Positions 1 to 13,020 are shown, counted from the stretch's first letter. The stretch: DNA of 64,000 nt from Diadema antillarum (GCF_040938485.1 NW_027272213.1:248001-312000), one strand, 5' to 3'. The notes: a model not told the origin generated them from the sequence alone. Made by a program: numbers and translations.

Positions 1-499
1 TGAATATAACGGGCCAGAAAAAGAATTTTGGGACAAGAATTAGGGGATACCTGAATAGGAAAACTTGAGAGAAGAGGAAAAAAGCGATAGCATATAGGCC
101 TACCGTTTTCAGGAGTTGGGAGCTTTATACACTAAAACAAGCCCTGCTAATGTTTACTTAAACACTTACTTTTTAAGAATGAGACTTTACAGCGAATCAA
201 TGATATTAGTTGGGGCGGGGGTAAACTGATCAATTAGCATAATTTCTCGTTCGAGTGATACGTTGTAAGTTGTTGTTTTTTTAATAAGAATGATTGAAAA
301 CATGGTAGAGAAGAACTGCGGCTAAGATCGTCAGTCAATGAGTTCCATACATTCTCCATCAACCCAAGAAGATAATCATTTTTTTTCTTATTTTCACAAA
401 GACTAACGGGTGGGGAAAGGGGTCAGGAGATAAGAATGGCTTTATTTCAATCAATTTCAGTATGGTTGACTATCGTGCTCGCAGTGGCTGAATACTCAC

Positions 500-3400
500 C
501 TCAATAAGCCATGTGCAGTCTTCGTGGTTGCCGTAGTTACTTGGATAGCTTGGTGATGTGATTTCACCATCTTCATCCGTCAGCATATAGACGCACCCTT
601 GGGGAGGTGGTGGTCCGGTAGGACCGTCCTCACACAGGATTCCGGTGTGTCCTGGAGGACACACGCAGTCACAGTCGGGACCCTGGTAGCCGCCATTTTG
701 GCAGGCCAGATTATTGCTACAGCCGTCGTTGCAGTTGTAGATGAGATTGGCAAGTTTGATATCAGCAAAGCTGAGGCCCTCTCGGTTTCCAAGTTGATTC
801 ATCAGCAGAGGGTCGATGGTGGTGATGGTTGGTTGACCGTTGGAGGAGAATGCCTATACAACAAACAATCAAAATAAAGAACAAAATATTAATCATTTTA
901 CAAAACCATCAAGGAATTTGCTGCAGAGATTATTGTTTCGAGGTCATTGAATTTTGAAAACCTTACAGCACTGACATGTTGGAGACATAAAACTGCCTGT
1001 GTCCGGTTTAAATTACTTAATCTGTTGAAAATAATTTCTTTATTCCAGACATTATTTACAGAAGTTTACGATATTGAGAACACAAGGCAACTTAAATCTT
1101 GTAAAAATATGTTGGTATTCAGATTCAAGACTCACATACAAACTTATTCTCTCAAAACAAAATTATGTGCAGTTGATACAAACAATGAAAAAAGAAATAT
1201 GGGCCAATAGTATAATGATTGTTGAGAAAAAGACGCATATGCGTCGCCAATCCACAGCAATGTGGTTTCTGACACTTGATAAATATTAATATCAGATGCC
1301 CTTTGTCAAATGAATAGTGATAAATAATGATAATAATTTTTTTATAGACTTTTATGTTACTAAATTCAGAGAAAGCGGAGAATAAACAGATGTAGATAGC
1401 ATTGCTTTTGCATATTTGCTATAATATTTGTGTCACACACGCAAGCACACACACACACACACACACATACACACAAGTAACGATGTACACCTCTCTTCGT
1501 GTCACTTTTTTCTCAATCCCTCACTCCATCTCTCTCATCATGCGCAATGTTTGCAAACTTACTGTGTTTATTCATAATTATATATCAAATAATTTGGATG
1601 AAGACATATACGTTCTAATAATTATGTGTTTATGGGTTTCAACATATCTCTCTATATACATTTTAACAAATAAAGACAGAATAAACTGACCAGAAAGAAT
1701 ATAAATTATTAGTGGAAAAGTGAGCAAAGAAAATGGGATTCCATCGGGAATCCCGATGGAATCCCATTTTCTTTGCTCACTTTTCCACTAATAATTTATA
1801 TACATTTTAATATGATATGCTTGTATATTTGGATGGAGTAGGACATATTACTTTTTGCGCATAAAAAAATCAAAAGAAACCAAGTCTGACTTACACCAGA
1901 ACTGTAGTGCATAACTGATCCAACGTCGTACGGAACATTTTCCGTGGTTACATCGTTCCAACTATATTTCTGAAAGTTGCCTTCGAATCCCGACTGGATG
2001 TTTTCGAAATGGACCGTGACGTAATCGTCCCTATCTGGTCGAGACTGCTCGTGATGGAAACCCATGGCGTGGCCGATCTCGTGGGCGACGATGCCGAGCT
2101 ATTTGTTAACATAATACAAAGAAGAGATATTAAGCCTTCTCATTTCACACTGGATCAGCTGTAAATAAACAAATTGATTAAAAGCGTCCTTCAAATTGGG
2201 TGCGCGCCAATTCTCAAAGATGCCCCCTCATTTTTCTTATAGAAAAAAAAACACGGTAAATGAAGTATGACATTCTTAATGAGACGTGTCAAACGAAAGT
2301 TTATAAATGCCAAATTCACCTTAGTGAACATGTGAATCTAATAATTGCAGCAATGTCAGTATAACACATCGGTGAAGGTTTAGATCCAACTATCCATTCA
2401 AAAGTTATGGATTTTGAAAGTTTCACTCACGTGGTCTACTAATATCAAGTATTTTTTTCTCTCTGAAGAACGCAAATCATGGGTACTTACGTATGCACAC
2501 CCATTACCGATGGACACATCTTGGGAAGACGAAAATACTCTTCCAACGTAAGACCAGCATCCACCGCCCTTGATAAAGTTCAGGTAGGTTCCATGACCCA
2601 GTTGGTTGGCGTGCTGTGAGGTTCTTGGTTCGAATCTCAAACAGGTGTGCTGTTCCCAGTGGTCCATTGCAGAGCGGATCACATTGGTGTCACCGCCTGA
2701 AACAAAATCAGTTGATGTCCCAAGCTCGTAATTCTAAAATGCCTCTTTGCATATCACTGTTTTCTAAATAAAAAAATTAAAGCGATTATAAGCCAGTTTG
2801 TAATTAGCTCATGTGCACGTTGGTACAAATGACCTTTCTATTTTCTTGGTTGGTTAGGCACTTCACTCATATTCAAAGCAACATAATGCGTACCGGTAAG
2901 TTTGCCTGGCGTAACAATTTATGGAATTCGTGTTCAACAAAAAATGATCATGCATAGCGAGACCAGGGCCTTGTTGCATAAAACCCTTACCGCTGGACTT
3001 ACCGCTCCTTTCTAGCGGTAAGTCTTCAAATTAGCGGTAAATTTTACAATCCTTGATGCTGATTGGCTGTGACGCTTAATTTTGATGGTAGTTACCATTG
3101 AAATTCAACGGTAAGTTTTATGCAACGGGCCACAGGTGACCAGAATGGTCCGTCAAACAACCCTGGGGGAAGCATCCATTTCTTTGTTTTGTATTGAAAT
3201 CAATGCATTGAAACATGTTTATATTCGTATTGCCAAATACCAGGTTTGCAGTCAGGTGGATGCAACGGCAAGTATCATGTACAAGGATTGCATAAATAAT
3301 CACTATATGACACATGCTTATCTCCGTGAATTTAAAAACCATCATGCGTTTTGGTACCTATAACCTTTTACTGCTCATGCGCAAAGTAGAACTACGAACT

Positions 3401-6400
3401 GGCTTATTGTGAGGGATCTCTGAATATGTATAATGTCGATTCAATCTCAATCGCCTTTATGTGAGACACCTCAAAGTGGCATCATTTGCTCTCATAGAAC
3501 ATAATATGCAGTTCTTATTTAAATGGTGTTCAGTGAAAAACTTCACCAAAGTTCTGGTCAGCTTTGATGGAAGCAAATTAAAGACCGGGTGAAATGAATT
3601 TCAAGTGTTTTTAATTTCGCGGAATCCAGGACATTAACAGCGGGAACAACCCTCGAAGCAGGCAGGGCAGTAGAATACATGGAAAGCGATGACGTGATTA
3701 CCTCTTCTAATTCTAAAGTTATTCATTTTATCCGAGTTTGATGAAACATATTCTGCTATGATTCTTCATTAGCGTCAGCTTGATATAGGTTTGTGTTTCA
3801 TTATCTGCTTTGAATCATAATTATGCGACTTCTGATGAAAAAAAAAGTGGGTAGTGATGCAGTCATAACCCATACGTCTGTACGTGCCGTCTTGATACAC
3901 GAACAGTTATGTTTCTTGGTAGAAATACAATGCCGATTTCAATGTTGGAGTGCATTATTGTGGACAAAGAAAAAAATGTTCTTTCACCAATCTTATAATA
4001 CTTTGTAAAATGGCGTATTTTCGCCCGAGGATTTTTTTTTCTGCGCGCGGCCGGGTAAGATGTATTTCGCGTGTTTCTAATTGTGCAGAATCCAGTAACC
4101 ACGGGAACAAAATAAAGATAGCATGCAAAATTTTATCGTGCTTTTATTTTCGCGCTAGCTTCCATGGTTGCGCGAAAGGCGCGAAAGTTTCCACACCTCG
4201 AAAAAATCCACTTTTACAGAGGGTAACAATATTTCGATAGAGATAGGTTAAAGGCCTTCATGCCGAATTAAATTATACACTTATTTGATCCTGACGAAAT
4301 TACATTTACCGACCTGCAGGTGACGAATCCTACAGAGATATCTTAAAGGGGATGGCTAGTAACTGATACAGTGGGAATCAGTGGTAATGCTGGGGGATGA
4401 TTGTTCCAATTTTTGTGGGATTCATTTAAGAGTACATTATGTATCTATTGTTGTGCGAAAATTATTTGCTTCAGAATGGTCTCATATTCAAGTTATGTGC
4501 AGTTTAATGTTTCCAGGTTAGCATGCCTGCACAGTGACGGGGCGATTGAAGTGCACATTATTTGAATATGAGACAATTCTTAAGCAAATAATTTTCACAC
4601 AACAATAAATATATAATGTACTCTAAAATGAATCCCACAAGGATTGGAACAATCATCCCCCAGCATTCCCATTGATAAGTTACTAGCCAATCTCCTTTAA
4701 AGAGGGTCCGGAGTCTAAATTGCCCACGTTTTCTCTTCATTGTTGATATCGTACAGGTGTCAGAACTTACTAGATGAAGATGAGATGACGTAAGGCACGA
4801 TGTTCTGAGTCCAGCGGGTCAGCGTATTCGATACTGCCTTCCTTTTCTCTCGGCCATACTTCTCCGTGAAGATAGCCTCTTCGATTTCTTGAGCCTGTTC
4901 TGGCGTTAGTATCATGTCTCCTTCGAACGAGCCAGGAGTGTTGTCTTCGTCCTTCGGTTCCTCATGCTGTTCAACCGGCTTCTCGAAGGATACGCTAAGA
5001 GACTTCTCAGAGGAAAAGCGTGACAGAGGGAGAGGGAGATATATAGAGATAAAAAGTTGGGGGAGAGAAAGGAGACAGGGCGATAGAGGGAGAGATAGAG
5101 GGGAGAGAGNNNNNNNNNNNNNNNNNNNNNNNNNNNNNNNNNNNNNNNNNNNNNNNNNNNNNNNNNNNNNNNNNNNNNNNNNNNNNNNNNNNNNNNNNNN
5201 NNNNNNNNNNNNNNNNNNNNNNNNNNNNNNNNNNNNNNNNNNNNNNNNNNNNNNNNNNNNNCAGGTAAAAGGGAAGTGAAAATGTAGCCCAGAAAAAAAA
5301 AATCTGGATGCGCGGGATAAAATTTATCAGAGCACCATGTGCACTCATGTTTGTTTTTTTTTTTAAGGTGGAACATAATTTGGAGCTATAGCAGCTTCCA
5401 CACTCGCGACTTGTTTGAGCTATTAACTAGTCCTCACTATAGTACGTGTGTTTTAATTAATACACGATGAACGTTGTTGACTTGTATGCCATAGTGAATC
5501 CATTTACAACATTTAGATGTTTGTCAATTCACATCACAATGCATTCTTCATTGAAATGATCTATATGGAGTATGTATATTGCATTGATAATTTATCTGGT
5601 GATTCTTCTACAAGAGAACATATCCGAAGAGGTATATAGGTCAAGTAGCTGTAAGCACACAAGTAAAAGAGCCAACAACGAAACACACATGTTTATGTAC
5701 ATAAAATTTCTCATACTACAACATAACACCAACTATAAACAATAGCAACGATATGACAGGGAATGAACAATATATGGAAGTCAGATTCAAGCAAATTGAA
5801 CTATTTCTACTTGTTGATAACACCAATAGAAATTGGAGAGCATGTAAACAACGCCGTTGATTCAATTTTTAAGGCGTAGGGGATTCCACGGCTTTTAAGA
5901 CACTTAACAGGTTGAGAGAGAAAATTAAGAAATGATTAGGGGTGTCTGACAAGTTTAATTTCATCTTATCATTCCAGAGGGATAAAATCAATTTAAGGGC
6001 TTGTAGTTACGTGTGGTGAAAGTCCCTTCAGCATATTACAAAAAAAAAAACAAGTGGGAGAGAAAATGCAAAAATATGCACATACACACACAAACAAAAT
6101 GTATGACACGTATAGTGAAAATTGCTATTTTCCTTTTTTGTTTGTTTGTTGAAATCGATCTGTAGAAATCATTAAAACATTTTACAGGCATTTGAAACGC
6201 TACTAGAGTCTTCAGTGTGAAGTGTCTCTTGGCGTTGGTCATAGTGGCGTTGCATGTGACGTAAATTTTCGTCCATGTGCAGTCACTGATAATTAGGACT
6301 TTGACAGTCTCTAATGCTGCCGATTATTGCTTTCTTTCAAATGTACGTTTTCTGGTCTTGGACATTACCTTTGCCAACTTTCTAGTGTCAACACGAAGGG

Positions 6401-6980
6401 TTTCATAAAACTCAACGGAAATTGTAATTTTCTACTCTGGGAATGCTTGAAGATAATTATGTGTCGTTTTGATGATATTTCTGCATGATTGCAGACTAAT
6501 TTTCGGAATCATATATGATACAATATCATACTCACAGGTAAAGCAAACATTCAAAACCAAAGCATGCGGAAATAAAGACAGCCGTGCTAATCAGGTCGGA
6601 GGGAGATGGAGGGTAATATCAATAAAAGCAAAACAACGAAATAAAACTCGAGCAAATAGTGTGACAGTTTTTTTTTAATAACAGTGTATTGTTAGTATTA
6701 ATGATGATGATAATAAAAACAACAAGAAAAATATTATTATTACAACTATCATAGTATTATTATTATCATTATTATTAGCATTATTACTATAATTATTATT
6801 ATCATTATTATTATCATAGTTATAGTTATTACATTGGCACAGCGTACATACCACTGGTTTGTCTTCAAGGAGCTTCAAGTCGCGGGCAATCTTGTCCAGT
6901 AAGTCGTTAGCAGCAGGTGCACAAAGTAGGCCGGGAACGAACAGGGCTAGCAACAACGATGACACCACTGAAACCGTCAT
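500..6980 (-). CDS. Astacin metalloprotease, BP10/SpAN-like (gene A), 3'-partial: exons 1-5 in window
   Basis: Exons 6980-6852, 5005-4771, 2696-2491, 2098-1895, 853-500; GT-AG and phase-compatible (376 codons). Signal peptide [20 protein letters not shown]; pro-motif FEGDM; REKR/K maturation site; [11 protein letters not shown] zinc motif; SVMHY Met-turn; EGF ([18 protein letters not shown]); start of CUB. Exon-2 acceptor (ctctgag) is weak and next to a gap, so it is the least certain boundary. Exons 6-7 should lie left of position 1. Confidence 0.92.
1699..1801. repeat. Perfect palindrome (51-bp arms, 1-nt centre) in intron 4 of gene A
   Basis: 1699-1749 is the exact reverse complement of 1751-1801. 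Confidence 0.95.
2967..3131. mobile_element. Short MITE, possibly Harbinger-type
   Basis: Imperfect TIRs GGCCTTGTTGCATAAAACCCTTACCG ... CGGTAAGTTTTATGCAACGGGCC; TSD not resolved. Confidence 0.6.
4001..4219. mobile_element. Degenerate Tc1/mariner-type MITE, same family as 51472-51674
   Basis: Shares TGCTTTTATTTTCGCGCTAG...TGGTTGCGCGAAA...CCACT(T/C)TTACAG with the 51.5-kb copy; left end eroded. Confidence 0.6.
4347..4696. mobile_element. TTAA-flanked MITE (Kolobok/T2-like) in intron 2 of gene A
   Basis: TTAA|AGGGGATGGCTAGTAAC ... GTTACTAGCCAATCTCCT|TTAA, long imperfect TIRs; second copy at 22917-23288. Confidence 0.85.
5025..5261. other. (GA)-rich microsatellite running into a 152-N assembly gap (5110-5261)
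   Basis: Seen directly. Confidence 0.95.
6690..6835. repeat. Imperfect (ATT/AAT)n low-complexity tract, intron 1 of gene A
   Basis: Seen directly. Confidence 0.85.
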
Positions 6981-7094
6981 GCTGCTGATAGTACTTTAAA
7001 CACTTGCGAGTTTTTGGAGTTTTTCCGTTGGTGAAGAATACCTCTTGATGATGTCTACTGACTTTGAAGTTAACGTAGCCGTCTTCGATGGCGA

Positions 7095-7135
7095 GTCTGA
7101 AGCTACGTTGTACAAACTGCCATATTTATATCTTC
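7095..7135 (-). promoter_or_regulatory. Core promoter of gene A: TATA (7130-7123) and Inr-like TCAGAC (A at 7098)
   Basis: GAAGATATAAATATGGC; same motif and 32-nt TATA-to-Inr spacing as B, C, D. Confidence 0.75.
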
Positions 7136-9674
7136 GAGCCAGCAAGGAGAAACCATAAAAGCAACCTTAACCCGACCAAGTTAAGATGAAGAACACAATT
7201 GACAATCTTCTTTTAATAATCTTCTCTTCTTTTTGTTGGTTAGTTTGGTTGTTTGTTGTTTTAGTCATGTTGAATCCAAGTGGATAAGCGTTTAAGACCT
7301 GCTCGTAGTTTAATCCAATGAGAACAGCTCTTGGGTATTAGACAAGAAATCTTCGGGGTTGACAATGTAAGAATAAAAGAAGTGAAAAATCACTTCATCA
7401 GACTTTATCTCTCTTACAAGAAAGGCTCCACCCTTTCAAACGGTATATGATTCGAGGAAAGTAGGTAATTGTTGGTAAGTTGTTAAGCACCTTACGAGTA
7501 ACCTTTGTTTCTTCTGGTCTGAGCGGAGACATTTACGTGGCTAGTTAATTACAGTTCTATATAGAACGTACAAGGTTAGGTCATTTGTGAAGCGTTCGAG
7601 CGTCAAGAATCACTGCCCTATAATACAAAAGAAAGACACTCTTAACCATGTCTTACTACCTACGCCTTGTATTCAGAAATTCAATATGAGGTGCTTTCTC
7701 TACGTGAGATTTTGACGCTATTATCGCCTCAGACATTAAAGACTGAAAGGGTTCGTTTCTTCTCACAAGAAGAGTATTTCCCAACCTGAAACTAATTAGA
7801 TTACTGATTGATATTTTTTTCGCCCACTAGTACTCAATCTCGGATGCACGAATCTGTATGAGCGTCTGGGAGTAGACTGCTCATTTAGATTTGCTTGAGC
7901 ACTATACTTGTAAATAAATAATAACGATATAATAAATCAGTATTGTTCAGCGAAGAATCTATGTGTCTTAATTGCCCCTTATCTTGCGCTGTAAGAGCTC
8001 CTCAAATGCTATTTTTCCTAGTAATCTATCAATTTGTGAAATATTTTAAATAAACATTAGGTTAATAGAAAAAAATAGACATATAAGTCTATATATTGTG
8101 CTAATTTTCTTCAGCAGAATAAATTGATAAGAAAATAACTACTATAAAAGAAATCCTACAGAATTTTTGATATGGGGAAACAATTTCATTCAGGAGGTGT
8201 TGTGAATAGTCTGACAAACCTAACGGAGAGAGGTTTATTACCAGATATATTCACCAGCAGTTAAAGAATTTGTCTAGAGGGCAATTTCGACTCACAGGGG
8301 CTCCATAGTAGGCCTATATCCATAGGTCTAACCCTTACAAGACCACTTTGCATATCAAATTACAGCAAAATAAATGTATTACTACATTGACATCTGGATT
8401 TTAATCGATCAAAGATACTGTGATAAATCATGATATAATCAAATATACTATTTGCACTATCTCTTTTATTCATTTATTATTTTCAACTATGCAAGACAGG
8501 AAATATGAATAACTCCCTGTTAAAGAAAAAGCTTCGAGTTTTGATCTGATGGCTTCTATAATGACTGAGATTTTCTGATATCCAGTGGTGATCTTACCTA
8601 GAGGCTGCCAAAGAAAAAAAAAGTCACCTGATTTTACTGTGTTTTACGGGGAATCTGCAATACGAAGATAATATAACCATTGGTTCGGGGTTCATTTATT
8701 CCATTATTGTATTAAAAAGGAGTTAAACCACTTAATGTTTTGTAGACTATGAGTCATCAGTATCTTAAATTCAACTCCTTGGCGAATGGGCAACCAGGTT
8801 TTGATTCTCCAGAAGTGGTGTGACATGGCCGAATCTTGGGAGGTTAGAAATAAATCTTGCATATTATGTGTTTTGATCCCGTGGCAACTTCACAATCTGC
8901 GTGTCCGATAATCCAAACAATAAATCATTACACCACTCTAGTTTACGAAACTATGATGCATCCATGAATAACAGTTTTCATATTGTTTTAATCGACACAT
9001 TTACGAATGCGTCTCGGGTTACAGATCTACGATATGCCAAATTGCACTCGTAATTTGTGATTTCATATTCAGGCGAGTATCAACGAACACTCCAAATCAT
9101 TATTTGATGGCATTATCAATGTGACCTACTAATAAAACATTCGATTTAGATTAAGAAATATGATATCAATGACCAACAGGAAGGGTTGTTTTCTTGTCAT
9201 TGAACATCAATTGTTCCGTAACAGACATTTTCAAATGTACTTAACGCATGTACGATGTAATTATGATGGAATTACAAATACAATACTATTTGTCAAAAAT
9301 GTAAGGAGCTCTGTTAGCTTGTGTCTTTGTGAAATTTGAAATACTTTTCAAGTAGGCATATTATTGTGAGGAACAGTTTTGCAGAAAGAAGACGAAAATA
9401 TCGTTTTGGATACAATGCTTAAATAACAAATGAGTGCTGTCATGTCTGACTGTATATCCAAGGATCACATTGTAGTCCCACTTATCGTTAAGTGCAAAAA
9501 AAAAGAAAAAAAATGACAGTGTGTGGTAGTGCTTACGAACGTTTTCACCACCATGCCGCGTCAAAAATATGTAGCTTGAAGGTGAAAGGGCTATAGAATC
9601 TTTTACATCTTCCACATCTTCTACATCTTCCAAAGAGTAGTTTGATTCTGCGGTGCCATATATGGATGGAGAAG

Positions 9675-9945
9675 CCGATGTTTGTTATTTCAAAGGTTCG
9701 TTAAGCTGAAAATGAAAAAGGATTCATTAATCCGAAAGTTTGAGGCGTTATTCGGATCAGAGTTCGTTATTCCAAAGGTTCGTTAATCCGACAATGAAAT
9801 ATGATAGGGTTTCGTTCGAAAATAAAAATAAGATGCGTATATACTAACGAACCCTTCGGAATAACGAACCTTTCTTTTATTTTAGATTAGCGAACCTTCG
9901 GGACAACGATTCTTCGCAAATATATAGTACACAACATCCGGCAGA
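9675..9945. repeat. Fold-back/MITE-like repeat built from GTTCGTTATTCC-type units
   Basis: Several AAGGTTCGTTA units on the left mirrored by TAACGAACC units on the right; ends approximate. Confidence 0.55.
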
Positions 9946-10129
9946 AACTTTTCAAAAGGTAAAATACTAAATAAATCTAAATGAAATAGAGAAAATCAGT
10001 CAGGAAACGGAGCGATCGTATAATACAAATGTGATGAGTGAAACATAATCATGATGCAATGAAACATCTTCCGTCAGTGTATCTACGTGTGATTATCTAC
10101 GTAACGCTTCAAATGACATGGACAGAGTT

Positions 10130-11790
10130 ATCGATCTTTCAATCTTGTTCCACATTATATAGTGACTCCATTCTGCGTACCTACTACGATTGCAGTGATT
10201 TATAATTGGATTTGGGTTTAGCTTCAGCTGATAATAGCCAGATCATGTATAGTAACTTGTGTCAGGAGGAATAAAGAGTTCACTGATCCACGGAAGACCA
10301 GTAGTCTGCCTGTCAGCTCGGAAAGGAGAATGAGTTAATTGTTTGGACCTGCGAACATTTAACAATAAGGGTGTAGAGTGTCCACAGGTCGTTTGTAGAG
10401 AACATAGAATTAACCTGGAAAACATTTCTTACAGAACAATTTTGGATAAAAAGCAATATATCACAGTAATGCTTTCCTGTTTTCCCCCAGACTATGTTAC
10501 AATCATCAAAATGAGACTGTATTATAGATTTATGTAATAACAACAAAGCACGGAAATCAAACATATCATGTCTCTCTCTACAAAAGATATTGACGCCTTT
10601 CATTTCATTTCATTTCATTTATTTCATTTCATTTCATTTCATTTATTTCATTTCATTTCATTTCATTTTGTTTATTTCCATTTTCATAATTGGTTTAAAA
10701 TTTTTTGCATAAAAAAAATAAAAACTGTGTGTGAATAAGAAGAAACGTGAACTTATATTTCTTGATATAAACACCATCTCGTCCGAAGAAACTTGAACTA
10801 AATACCAAATACCAGGATTATGTAAGTAATCAAAGTAAGCGTTCCATTGCAGATTCTCATCTATCACTGCATGCTCCCAGATATTTACATGCTACTCTCT
10901 GAATTACATAATTGTCAATAAGTACGTTCACAATCCTGGTATTTGGTTCAACTTTCTTCAGACGAGATATGGTGTTTATACCGATACATATAAGTTCACA
11001 TTTCTTCTTATTCACAAACATCCGATAACCAGTGCGATACCGAAGCAAAGTCTTCCTTTAACCGTTTAACAATGTTACAGGGTTTCTTTGCAGAACAAAA
11101 TAAACATGTGTCATCTGCGTAAAATGACAAGACACTATGTTTAGCAACAGAATGCAATTCATTCACATATAGAGAAAAGATTGCAGGTCAAATCAAGGAT
11201 CCCTGTCGTACACCAACATCTCATACTTTGCTTATCTGAAACAAAACCACTCACACATGTACATCGTGTCCGGGTCGAAAGGTTATTTCAAAATCGTACA
11301 GTATTTTCATTAGAATCATATATTTTTAGCTTTTGAGTCAATATACAGTGATTTACAGCGTCAAAAGCCTTTTTAAAATCAATCATTACTACCTCAACAA
11401 TATTTCCAGAGGCAATACCATCAGACCAGTACTCTGTTACATTAGCAATGCATCTTTGGAGGTGGAGTGCTTCGGATGAAAGCCAAACTGTTTATCTGTC
11501 TGTCTGTAAGATTGTGGTTTTCAATCAGAGAAGTCTGTAGTTGGTCATAAGCAACTTTCTCTACGGTCTTAGCAAAAAACAGGGTAACAGAAATAGGTCT
11601 ATGATTGCAGATATCATCTCTGCTGCCTCCCTTGTAAGCAGGTGTAACACGAGCCTCCTTCCATTCATCAGGTATTGTGCCCTTGTGTATTGATTGTTTT
11701 ATTAAGTTGGCGGGGCTGCAGCTGTCAAGGATGCAACTAGTTCAGAAGTTTGACGGGTATGTTGACCCGTGGCTAGATCATAGGTAGTCA
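10130..11790 (-). mobile_element. Decayed non-LTR retrotransposon (CR1/L2-clade RT fragment)
   Basis: Minus-strand motifs NHRPISVT, VMIDFKKAFDAV, GVRQGSLI*PAIFSLYVNEL, FYADDT (11121-11110 = YADD), IDENLQW, SHFDDCNIVWG; stops, frameshifts and a (TTTCA)n expansion near 10597-10667. Confidence 0.88.
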
Positions 11791-12298
11791 CTTTAACAAA
11801 TCGCACACGTTCTTGTATAGCTTTAAATGTTTTGAGGGGGAATGTGGTCATGGTGGTGTAGCCTTTGCTGTAAAAAAAAATGCATTTATTTCATTGATTA
11901 AACGCTCAATTTTCACTCTCAATTTTCCCCTATGTCAACCAAATAGCGATTAAACAAATCAGCTAAATATCTACCACTAACACTTTTGTCATTAACATTG
12001 ATTGAAGTGATTTGTGAGTCTGTTTTCTCTCCCGGTATCACATACCTCAAAGATTGCCAAATTTCTCTTGTACAATTTCCACCTGTTTCAATCTTAAGCG
12101 AGATTAACTAACTTGGCGTATTCTGAAAGTGACATTATTTCTAACCTTGTGATGTTCCACATCCGAAGACAGGTTCGCTCTTTTCAACTATCTTGTGAGC
12201 TTGTCCCTATTTTTATATCACAAATAATATAGCTCGAATGGCACTTGCCATCCACCGAGATCGTTGTTTATTCTCTCTCTCTCTCTGTTTAAATATAA

Positions 12299-12350
<52 letters not shown>

Positions 12351-12415
12351 TACTATATAAATAATAAAGTCACAATAGAGGAATGTATCAAATGTCAATT
12401 GCCTTGATTTTATTT

Positions 12416-12450
12416 TCCGAATTTTCGGGGGCCTCCCCCTTCGTCAGGGA
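12416..12450 (-). ncRNA. Minimal type-I hammerhead ribozyme motif (Penelope-like element pLTR remnant)
   Basis: UCC-CUGACGA-A-GGGGG(AGG)CCCCC-GAA-AAUU-C-GGA: stem I UCC/GGA, intact core, 5-bp stem II, palindromic AAUU stem III; AATAAA immediately downstream, then a (TA)n tract. Confidence 0.75.
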
Positions 12451-12789
12451 TGAGAGTGCGAATGAATGTTCACAGTGATATTAATGATATATACATATAT
12501 CATTCTGATTTCTTTATCAGTAATATCGAAATTCCTTTCTCCATCTTTTGTTCCTTAACTGTACATTTACTGTTGAAAATTTGTAACAAAATGCCCCCCA
12601 CACACAAACACCCACATTGCAAGCGACAAATTTTCTACTGCGCAAGACAGAGCGATAATAACTCAGTACACATATCATGAATTATGGTAACATTCATGTA
12701 AAAAGACTTTAATTCATTTCAACTCGTTCCGTCACAGACGGACAATTTATCATGCACATCTTTGTCTTTGCTTACATAATATTGATATT

Positions 12790-13020
12790 CATTAATACAT
12801 TACTGAAACTGATGCAGCTTTTCATCGTGTGGTCTCCTGCGTCTGATATTTGTGCTCTTCAGTCTCCGAAATTCTTTCTTCTATTCGAAGTCTACGCTGT
12901 CTCCTCTTGAACAATGTCAATTGACTTCGTCGTGTCTCCCTTCTAGATTGATGTATCACAATTTGCTCTTGAAGAGTGATCTGAAGAAAACTGTTCAACC
13001 TAGCCATTTTCATACCTCAT
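12790..13020 (-). pseudogene. 5'-end relic of a fifth astacin paralog (eroded TATA, 5' UTR, first codons)
   Basis: Aligns to B/D 5' UTR (CAGTTTTCTTCAGATCACTCTTCAAGAGCAAA...CATCAATCTAGAAGGGAGA); ATG at 12825 reads ATGAAAAGCTGCATCAGT vs B ATGAAAGCTGCATTAGT (+1 A); similarity ends about 25 nt into the CDS. Confidence 0.8.
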
